From NCBI GenBank assembly GCA_950097015.1, contig CATNEN010000038.1, positions 22,134,001-22,198,000 of the forward strand: a stretch of DNA of 64,000 nt. Direction: 5' to 3'. The stretch's first letter is position 1, and each line of letters starts with the position of its first letter. Origin of the DNA: Macrostomum hystrix. Lineage: Eukaryota; Animalia; Platyhelminthes. The position numbers and the translations under genes are program-made. This document shows positions 44,360-54,508 of the stretch, one piece after another. The notes under the pieces were generated by a model, which searched no databases, was not told the origin of the DNA, and saw nothing but the letters and a program-made list of their open reading frames with translations.

Positions 44360-47300
44360 CTATTGGTCCTTCTTGTTCTGATCGTCGACCTCGCCGGCAT
44401 CGTCATTCAAGCCATCATAGTCAGCGTCGCCTTCGCAGACTCCTTCATCGATAGCCTCGTCGTCGTCGTCGACAATGTCGCCTTCGGCTGGCTCCTCGGC
44501 GGTATCGTCGGCGGTGTCCATGCAGCAGAGGGCGTAGCAGAGGATGCTGATGACAGCCACTGGAGCGCCAATCACCACCAGCGCGAGGCCCGGGTGACCA
44601 ATCACGAAGCCCTAGAAATAGTGAGCCAGGTGTTACCTAATAGCTGAACAGGAATTTCCCCAAAATGACTGAAAAACATTCCCCAAAAACATTTCGCTAG
44701 ATATCCATGTCCACCCCATCCCCCAGTAGGGAAATTATCCTTAACTCTCCAGTATGGAATAGATCCCATACTCCCTAAAAGGGAAGTTATCGCAAGCATC
44801 CAAACAGGGAAATATATTCAATAATCCCAAATAGAGTTTTCCAAATCCTAGTCCCTAATCCCATACTTATTAGTGGGGAATTTATCCCATGCTTACAATG
44901 GGATTTTTTCTAAACTCCTTATTATGGAATATGTATCATATTCCCCAAATCTATATTTTTAAACAAAGAAATCATGTTAGGGAGTCTTGTCCCTAACGGC
45001 TTAATAGGGAATTTATCCCACGCTCCCAGACAGTGTATTTATCCCATACTCACTGACAGTGAATTTATCCCATACTCACTGACAGTGAATTTATCCCATA
45101 CTCACTGACAGTGTATTTATCCCATACTCACTGACAGTGAATTTATCCCATACTCACTGACAGTGAATTTATCTCATACTCATTGACAGTGAATTTATCC
45201 CATACTCACTGACAGTGAATTTATCCCATACTCACTGACAGTGTATTTATCTCATACTCACTGACAGTGAATTTATCCCATACTCACTGACAGTGAATTT
45301 ATCTCATACTCATTGACAGTGAATTTATCCCATACTCACTGACAGTGTATTTATCCCGTAATCACTGATGGGAAATGTATCCTAAACTCCCCTAAAGGGA
45401 AAATCCGTTAATCTTAAAAAGACACTATCCACTAATTTCCCATTCGATATTTCTCCCTGACTTCGAGTCTCTGCACAGTCTGACAAGCCCCACCGGTGCC
45501 CCAGACCAATGGGACACTCACAGCCAAGCCGGTGACAAAGTCGTAGGCGGTCCTCTTGAGTCCCTCGATGATGCCTCCGCCGCCGTACTCAGGCAGTTCA
45601 CCTTTGAGTCCTTTCAACACTAGGCCTTTTAGGTTGTCTGCAGACTGTTGGCTGGTGCTGACAGGCAGGTGATAGTCGGGCCTCAGGTAATAGCGTGTAC
45701 TGTTGGGATTCAGCATAATGAGGTTGGGAGTTGGCAGTGACGTCATGGCCATGTCAGAGGCGGCTTTGGCCGAGCCGGTCCAACCGAACTGCACGTTGGC
45801 CAGCTCCGGGTCCATGCTGAATGCCAGGGTGCGGCCAAGCTCAGCGAACGCTCGCTGCTCCGGGTCGCTCTCGTTGGTTACTATGGCAACAAGCAGCTTG
45901 GTTGACGGATAGAGCGAGTAGAATAGGAAGTCGCCGAGCTGATGGGTGAAAGTGAAAGTAGCTTGTTTCAATTTACAGGTACCAACACCATAGCAACAGC
46001 TCTTAGAAACGCCGTAGCAACAGCTTAGAAACGTCATAGCAACAGCATAGAAACGCCGTAGCAACAGCTTAGAAACGCCATAGCAACAGCATAGAAACGC
46101 CGTAGTAACAGCTTAGAAACGTCATAGCAACAGCATTGAAACGCCGTAGCAACAGCTTAGAAACGTCATAGCAACAGCATAGAAACGCCGTAGCAACAGC
46201 TTAGAAACGCCATAGCAACAGCTTAGAAACGCCATAGCAACAGCATAGAAACTCCATAGCAACAGCATAGCAAGAAAATCAGGCTGAATCTCACCTTTGG
46301 ATAAATATGAAATCGCTCGTTAGTCATCCAGACGCCCAAGCTGTCCTTGTCGAACACGCCATTGAAAAGCACAAAGCCATTGTCCTTGAACGCCAGCACG
46401 CAGGGCTCCGCAATGTCGCCGGCGCGGCTTTGATCGAAGCGCTTAGTGGAAATATCGAAGCCCAGATTGGCCAGCAATTGAATATCGGCCCGGTAGAAAC
46501 TGCTGTCGGTTCGCATCTGACTAGCTATGTCGTTGAAGACCGACTGAAATGGATGGCATGTACTACTTTAGTAGTAGTAAATAAAGCTACAACCAGCTAG
46601 GAAACAAAATCTATCTATTTATTTGAATAAACTCACAAATTCGGCAGAATTTCCGTTGCCAACAAACAGAAAGAATGGGTCTTTAATAGACGTGGCAAAT
46701 ATTTCATTGAACTTTCCAGAACTGGCGATGACCTTCACTGGATCCCTGCGGGAACAATGTCGATAAAATTTCTAAAGAACAATAAAGGTCATTTAATAAA
46801 AAAATGATACATGTCAATCAAATAAGAAACTAACAATAAAGGTAAACTAGCTGATCAAGCATAAACAACACAAAACGCCATAGACAGCAATCTGTAACTT
46901 ACCCGGAAACTCGATTGACAAATTTCACAATTTCGTCTGCGGTTCGTTCGCCACGAAATTCGTGACGAGTTTCGCCTTTGACACTGTTATATAATTTGAA
47001 TTGGGAATAATGAGAAGTGACAGCGGAACTGAAAATGCTGGCCCTGGGTTAGATAAACATGAATGGGTGGAGAATCCCTCTGAACTATAGACTACGGAGA
47101 AGTTCTCTGACCCATAGACTACGGAGAAGTGGAGAATCCCTCTGACCCATAGACTACGGAGAAGTGGAGAATCCCTCTGACCCATAGACTACGGAGAAGT
47201 TCTCTGACCCATAGACTACGGAGAAGTGGAAAATCCCTCTGAACCATAGACTACGGAGAAGTTCTCTGACCCATAGACTACGGAGAAGTGGAAAATCCCT

Positions 47301-49629
47301 CTGACCCATAGACTACGGAGAAGTTCTCTGACCCATAGACTACGGAGAAGTGGAAAATCCCTCTGACCCATAGACTACGGAGAAGTTCTCTGACCCATAG
47401 ACTAAGTAGAAGTTCTCTGACCCATAGACTACGTAGGAGTAAAGAATTCATCCAACCCAATGACTACGTGAAGGAGTGGGGAAACCCTTTGGCCCATAGA
47501 CTATGGATGAGTAGGAAAACCAGAAGCCAATAACGCCTCGCTCACTAAACAAGGGTGGGGAAGCCGCGGACTCGAAAGTGCGACGCAGCCGCCTGATGAA
47601 CGGTGGCGTCGATGCGGGCTACAGCGACCGGCGATCCTGCCAGACGCTCGGAGACCTCCTCGTAAGCCGGCTCCATGCTGCGACAGTGGCCGCACCAGGG
47701 CGCATAAAATTTAATTAGAAACGCCTGATTAGCGTCGCGTCCGATAAATTCTTCGCCAAATTCCAGCACCCGTGCGGTGCTGCAGGAAAATTGGGCCGCT
47801 AAAAGATGGCAAGAACACAATTAACTATGCGACTGCTGCTAATAACACACTTATAAATATTTAGTAATTATTTAACGTATCTTTCATGTTAGGATTTTAA
47901 CTTATTTGGGATAAAGGTATCATAGCTCACTGCAGTAGGATTTAGGATAATGGTATTCTAGCTTAATGTAGTAAGATTTAAGATAATGGGATTCTAGCTT
48001 AATGTAGTAGGATTTAGGATAATGGGATTCTAGCTTAATGTAGTAGGATTTAGGATAATGGGATTCTAGCTTAATGTAGTAGGATTTAGGATAATGGTAT
48101 TCTAGCTTAATGTAGTAGGATTTAGGATAATGGGATTCTAGCTTAATGTAGTAGGATTTAGGATAATGGGATTTTATCTCACTGTAGTAGGATTTAGGAT
48201 AATGGTATTCTAGCTTAATGCAGTAGGATTTGGGATAATGGGATTCTAGCTTAATGTAGTAGGATTTGGGATAATGGGATTCTAGCTTAATGTAGTAGGA
48301 TTTGGGATAATGGTATTCTAGCTTAATGTAGTAGGATTTAGGATAATGGGATTCTAGCTTAATGTAGTAGGATTTGGGATAATGGGATTCTAGCTTAATG
48401 TAGTAGGATTTAGGATAATGGTATTCTAGCTTAATGTAGTAGGATTTAGGATAACGGGATTCTAGCTTAATGTAGTAGGATTTAGGATAATGGGATTCTT
48501 GCTTAATGTAGTAGGATTTAGGATAATGGGATTTTATCTCACTTTAGTAGGATTTAGGATAATGGGATTCTAGTTTAATGTAGTAGGATTTAGGATAATG
48601 GGATTCTAGTTTAATGTAGTAGGATTTAGGATAATGGGATTCTAGCTTAATGTAGTAGGATTTAGGATAATGGGATTCTAGCTTAATGTAGTAGGATTTA
48701 GGACAATAGGATTCTAGCTCACTGTAATAGGATTTAGGATAATGGTATTCTAGCTTAATGCAGTAGGATTTAGGATAATGGTATTCTAGCTTAATGCAGT
48801 AGGATTTGGGATAATGGGATTCTAGCTCACTGCAGTAGGATTTGGGATACTGTGATTCTAGCTTAATGCAGTAGGATTTGGGATAATGGGATTCTAGCTT
48901 AATGCAGTAGGATTTGGGATAATGGGATTCTAGCTCATTGCAGTAGGATTTGGGATAATGGGATTCTAGCTTAATGCAGTAGGATTTGGGATAATGGGAT
49001 TCTAGCTTAATGCAGTAGGATTTGGGATAATGGGATTCTAGCTCACTCCAGTAGGATTTGGGATAATGGGATTCTAGCTTAATGTAGTAGGATTTGGGAT
49101 AATGGGATTCTAGCTCACTGAAGTAGGATTTGAGATAATGGGATTCTAGCTTAATGTAGTAGGATTTAGGATAATGGGATTCTAGTTTAATGTAGTAGGA
49201 TTTAGGATAATGGGATTCTAGCTTAATGTAGTAGGATTTAGGATAATGGGATTCTAGCTTAATGTAGTAGGATTTAGGACAATAGGATTCTAGCTCACTG
49301 TAATAGGATTTAGGATAATGGTATTCTAGCTTAATGCAGTAGGATTTAGGATAATGGTATTCTAGCTTAATGCAGTAGGATTTGGGATAATGGGATTCTA
49401 GCTCACTGCAGTAGGATTTGGGATACTGTGATTCTAGCTTAATGTAGTAGGATTTGGGATAATGGGATTTTAGTTCATCGTAGTAGGATAAAAACAGGAA
49501 AAAACTGACAAAAATGGATAAAAAAGAATAAATAAGTCACGTGATCAAGTATTTAACAAAAAACGGTTTTGTAAACTTACCAAGCGACAAACAACAAATA
49601 AAAGAATAAGCTCGTAAAGATGCAGTCAT
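44360..49629 (-). CDS. TMX3: Thioredoxin-related transmembrane protein 3 (PDI family)
   Basis: Exons 49581-49629 (signal peptide start), 47546-47798 (FYAPWCGHC...VARIDAT...VRGFPTL), 46903-46983 (FRGERTADEIVKFVNRVSG), 46637-46745, 46295-46543, 45522-45938 and 44360-44611 (TM helix LALVVIGAPVAVISILCYALCC, acidic tail, KKDQ di-lysine ER signal). Phases are consistent. Confidence 0.92.
45010..45365 (+). repeat. 26-bp minisatellite (GAATTTATCCCATACTCACTGACAGT) in the last TMX3 intron
   Basis: About 13 units. Confidence 0.93.
45985..46272 (+). repeat. 22-bp minisatellite (CATAGCAACAGCTTAGAAACGC) in a TMX3 intron
   Basis: About 13 units. Confidence 0.92.
47066..47505 (+). repeat. Alternating 35/27-bp minisatellite (CTCTGACCCATAGACTACGGAGAAGT...) in a TMX3 intron
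   Basis: Tandem units. Confidence 0.92.
47900..49490 (+). repeat. 36-bp minisatellite (GTAGGATTTAGGATAATGGGATTCTAGCTTAATGTA) in TMX3 intron 1
   Basis: About 44 units. Confidence 0.96.
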
Positions 49630-49975
49630 TTCTGCGTTGATTTTTGTTTAAATAATGTCCGCTTGCACTCTGCTTAATAGTCAGTCCTATATTTGTTCAC
49701 AGATATGTCTTGGCTGTCATGGAAGACGAAGACGCGGAACTGAAAGTGTAAAAAGCTTGCGTGTTTTATAACAAGAAAAAAATACAACAAAATACCAAAA
49801 AAACTAGAAGAAAATAAAAACAAAAAGTTGAACAGTATCAAGTACGTTTCAATCTGAATAATATAAAGTTCTACTAAATCATTAAATTGTATTTGACCAT
49901 TGTAGTTTTAAAATTTCAAGAGTATAAAGTTGGCATTTCATATACATCTACATCGACAGATTTGGGTCCGCTAAA

Positions 49976-50326
49976 ATTCAGGGTAAGTATCCAACAAAGT
50001 TTCAGGAAGGGTTCAGGGTAGTATCCAACAAAGTTTCAGGAAGGGTTCAGGGTAGTATCCAACAAAGTTTCAGGAAGGGTTCAGTGTGGGATCCAACAAA
50101 GTTTCAGGAATGATTTAGGGTGGGATCTAAGAAAGTTACAGGAAGGGTTCAGGGTTGGATCCGATGAAGTTTCAAGAAGGGTTCAGGGTTGGATCTGATG
50201 AAGTTTTAGGAAGGGTTCAGGGTTGGATCTGATGAAGTTTCAGGAAGGGTTCGGGGTTGGATCTGATGAAGTTTCAGGAAGGGTTCAGGGTTCGATCTGA
50301 TGAAGTTTCAGGAAGGGTTCAGGGTC
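49976..50326 (+). repeat. 34-bp minisatellite (TTCAGGGTAGTATCCAACAAAGTTTCAGGAAGGG) between DEF8 and TMX3
   Basis: About 10 units with progressive divergence. Confidence 0.9.
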
Positions 50327-50601
50327 TGACCCGCCGAGGTAAAGCACTGTGATAAACACCACTAAAATGATTCAGAAGCTCTGGTAATCGCTTAAAAAGT
50401 ACAAACCGATTTAAGAATGCACTTTAAGCGCTAGTACTCGAAGAAGAAGAGATACTCAATGAAATCACATGGATCAAGACTCATAGATCAGACACCGTTT
50501 TTACTATGCACTTTTATATATAACATATTTTACAGGAAATGGAAAGTCAGCATATTTTTTTCGGAAAATTATTTTTGTACTTTTGATGCGATAGAAATCG
50601 A

Positions 50602-53215
50602 TTAATTATTAAACGCGTCCAGAGACAGAATACTCTCGTTGCAAGCCGAGCAGCTGTCAATATGACTGTCAACCAATGACAGCAGGCGGCTGAGATCATC
50701 GCGCAGAGTGCCGGCAACAACTAGATCTAACAGATCCTGGTAGGAGTACATGCTGTGATTGTTGAGAAAGTGCAGTCGATGCTCCGGCAGCTGCGGGCAT
50801 TTCAGGATGGGATAAATCTGACACAGACTAGAACCTGACACATACTAGAACCTGACAGACTAGAACCTGACACAGACTAGAACCTGACACATACTAGAAC
50901 CTGACACAGACTAGAATCTGACACAGACTAGAACCTGACACAGACTAGAACCTGACAGACTAGAACCTGACACAGCTACTAGAACCTGACTCAGATTAGA
51001 ACCTGACAGACTAGAACCTGACAGACTAGAACCTGACACAGACTAGAACCTGACACAGACTAGAACCTGACAGACTAGAACCTGACACAGACTAGAACCT
51101 GACTCAGATTAGAACCTGACAGACTAGAACCTGACAGACTAGAACCTGACAGACTAGAACCTGACAGACTAGAACCTGACTCAGACTAGAATCTGACACA
51201 GACTAGAACCTGACAGACTAGAACCTGACACAGACTAGAACCTGACACAGACTAGAACCTGACAGACTAAAACCTGACAGACTAGAACCTGACACAGACT
51301 AGAACCTGACAGACTAGAACCTGACACAGACTAGAACCTGACACAGACTAGAACCTGACAGACTAGAACCTGACAGTTCCGCAGCTCACCTGCTTCGGCA
51401 GTCCAAGTTGTCTGAAGTCCTGGCAAGCTCCTAGAAGAGGCACTAAGCGACTTAGGCGCCCCCTAAGCTTGTCAAAATTTTTCGTCGACGGCAATTGTCG
51501 ACCAGCTACGCCGACAAACACGGTGGCCAATGGCGAGGACAGATCGATGGCCGGTCGGGTGCGGGCGAATCGCAGAGCTTCAAGAGCACGCCGACAGACA
51601 GGCTGCGGTCGAGCGTCCAGCCTCCCTAGGATGAAGCTGGGCAGTGGCACTGCATCGCCCCAGTGACAGGCGTGACAGTACAGCAGCCCAGTGTAGTGGC
51701 ACATGCGGGCTTCCGCCAGCTGAGTCAGGGATCTGAGCTCGGTGTTTCAAAACAAGAGGGAGGGTAAACTTGAGGATCTGAAGGGAAATTACCGACCTGT
51801 GGATCTGAGGGGAAATGATTGACCTTGGGATTTGAGGGGAAAATGATCAACCGAAGGATCTGAGGGAAAATGGTCAACTTGAGCACCTGAGGGGAAATGA
51901 TCAACCTGAGGATCTGAGGGGAAAACGATCAACCTGAGGATCTGAGGGGAAATGATCAACCTGAGGATCTGAGGGAAAAATGGTCAATCTGGGGATATGA
52001 GGGGAAAACGATCGACCTGAGGATCTGGGGAATGAAAGTGAAGTGAGGATCATTACGATGACGAAATCGATAAAGGAATACTCACTTTGAGCAGCCCTTG
52101 CAAGCGTAGTCCTGATCCCGCAGACTGGGGAACAGATACAGTCGAGTCCACTCAAGTTTGAGTCGGCCGCTCTCTAACTCGTCCGCAATGCAGGGCCGGA
52201 CCATGCGGTCCAGGCAGGCCGGGTGTGTCTGGAGTCCGCAACGGCAGCAGCGGCAATACTCGCCGGACAGAATGAAGCCAAGTCTAAGCAGCTCCTTGGC
52301 GCAGACGTCGCATTGGCCAGACGGTTTGCCAACGGAGTTGACAAAAGTGTGGCTGAGAATCACCCTCGGCTCCTGGATGTCGACGCTATCAGCGGTCAAA
52401 GTCGACGTTATTGTTGACGCTAAAGACGGAGATTCGCCAGCCATTGAGGCATCATTCGCCGCAGCCGTAGAGGAAGATCTCGAAGGCTTCGATGTTGTAG
52501 CCGAGCGCACGCTGTCAGAAAGGCGGTGAAGCCGGAATTTCAGTTCAATCAGACGCTCATAGCGCTGTTTTCGACGCTCGCTACGTTTATCAGTTTCCTC
52601 GCCGTCGATCTCGGCCTCGCCATTTTCGGCGAGAAATTCAGCCTGTAGGCGAGAGATTTCAGCCTGCAGTTCGGCGCGATTCTGATAGTCCTCTGGCCGG
52701 CGACGCTTCACCGGAGCATAGTGATCCTCGACTAGGCCGTCTGTAGCCGTGGTCGAAGTCGAAGCGGACAGCGATGGCGACGAAACCTGGTGCTGCTGCT
52801 GGTTCATGGCCAGCGTGGAAATTTCCTTAATCAGCTGCTGCTGTTGCTGATTGAGAGAATTCGGCGGCGGCGGAGTTGGGGTCTGCCGCTCCGAGTCGCT
52901 GCGCTGTCGCCAGCCGCCGATGCCAAAGAATCCGGCGACGCCTCCGCCGCCGACTATGTTGAACGGATTCACTCTCTCCTCTAGGTTGCTTGACAAGCTA
53001 CGATTTCGCTGAGCAGACGCGGTTGCTGCAGTTTCTGTCATCGTCAACGAAGATTCGGCAGACCAGACGTCGCCCAGATCGGCGGCAACTTCCGGCAGAG
53101 GCGGCGATTCAGGTCGAGCTTCGCCGTTGAATGCGGTGGCGTCGGCATCGTCGTTAACGACGTCGTCCAAATCCTTGTCGACTGTCGGTAACGCCGTGTT
53201 TGCTGGCGATTTCTG
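50602..53215 (-). CDS. DEF8: DEF8-like protein (C1 zinc finger plus Rubicon-homology domain)
   Basis: Exons 52086-53215 (LIELKFRL; C1 domain HTF...CDVC...CCRCGLQTHPAC; LRDQDYACKGC), 51390-51732 (ARMCHYTGLLYCHACHWGD...LPSFIL...PVCR) and 50602-50790 (LHFLNNHSMYSYQDLLD...HIDSCSAC). An alternative in-frame acceptor exists at 50817. The start codon is unresolved. Confidence 0.85.
50820..51375 (+). repeat. 15/17-bp minisatellite (GACTAGAACCTGAC(AC)A) in the last DEF8 intron
   Basis: Tandem units; reverse complement of the array at 53268-53632. Confidence 0.95.
51770..52032 (+). repeat. Degenerate ~26-bp GAGGATCTGAGGGG repeat in a DEF8 intron
   Basis: About 10 units. Confidence 0.85.
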
Positions 53216-53267
53216 CTGCGAAAACAATTAGATTTGTGAAATTAAGCATCTGACTAAATTAATAAAT

Positions 53268-53632
53268 TAGTCTGTGTCAGAGATTTTAGTCTGAGTCAGG
53301 TTCTAGTCTGTCAGGTTCTAGTCTGTGTCAGATTCTAGTCTGTGACATGTTCTAGTCTGTGACATGTTCTAGTCTGTGACATGTTCTAGTCTGTGTCAGG
53401 TTCTAGTCTGTGACATGTTCTAGTCTGTGTCAGATTCTAGTCTGTGACATGTTCTAGTCTGTGTCAGGTTCTAGTCTGTGTCAGGTTCTAGTCTGTGACA
53501 TGTTCTAGTCTGTGACATGTTCTAGTCTGTGTCAGGTTCTAGTCTGTGTCAGGTTCTAGTCTGTGACATGTTCTAGTCTGTGTCAGAGATTTTAGTCTGT
53601 GTCAGGTTTTAGTTTGTCAGGTTCTTGTCTGT
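53268..53632 (+). repeat. 17-bp minisatellite (TCTAGTCTGTGTCAGGT) immediately upstream of DEF8
   Basis: Inverted relative to 50820-51375. Confidence 0.95.
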
Positions 53633-54244
53633 AAACTTTCGTTCTGTATCTCAGTAAATATATTCAATAATTTTTTCTTATTTGCGAATGCTAAATATTT
53701 TAACTAGTTGAGAAACAAACTATAACGAAAGCAACATGGAAATGCCCTAGCAACAGTTAACGCAGATTTTAGCTGAATCATTATATTTTGCTTGCGCCAG
53801 TGTCCAGACGAAGAACTGTGAAAATAAGCGCGCAGCGGAATAATTTGTTTCTTATACAGAAACTTTATTTATGAACTAAACCTGATTCGCCTCTCATAAT
53901 TGAACAAATTTTAACAAATTAGCCGAAAAAACAAAAAACGCTTCACTTATACAAAAAATGCAAGTTATTTATTTGATTTTTTCTTTAACAAATAATGTAA
54001 CTTCTAGTAGAAAAATGCCTATAGAAACTAATAAGAAGCGTACCGATACTACACTCGTAGTTTAAGTAGTATGGTTTGGAAAATGTAACGGTCCTCATTA
54101 TATATCAATAGGCACTCCGTGCGTATCAAAAAAAACTTTTTTTGGCAATAAAGTTTTTTCTGAACCAAAAGGTGAGTGAGCTCGTAAGACAGATTGTTTT
54201 TTCGAAAAAAAGGATAGGAGAAACACGAAAAAGGAAATAAAAAG

Positions 54245-54410
54245 TTTGAAAAGTACACATTTACTTGAAAAGTACACATGAACTCGAAAAGTACACACGA
54301 ACTTGAAAAGTCCACATGAACTTGAAAAGTCCACATGAACTTGAAAAGTACGCACGAACTTAAAAAGTACACATGAACTTAAAAAGAACAAATGTACTTG
54401 AAAAGTGCTT
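54245..54410 (+). repeat. ~19-bp repeat (GAACTTGAAAAGTACACAT) in the Ku80 3' region
   Basis: About 8 degenerate units. Confidence 0.8.
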
Positions 54411-54508
54411 TAGACAGTGCAAACGAGTACGTGCACCTAAAAGGTAAATATTAACTTTAAAAGTACAAGCGAACTTCGAAAATACAAAAGTAAAGAGCCT
54501 TTACAGAA

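Noticed and set aside
47900-49490. Telomere-like repeats (TTTAGG/TTAGG)
   Set aside because: Single motif inside a 36-bp unit, not a (TTAGGG)n tract.
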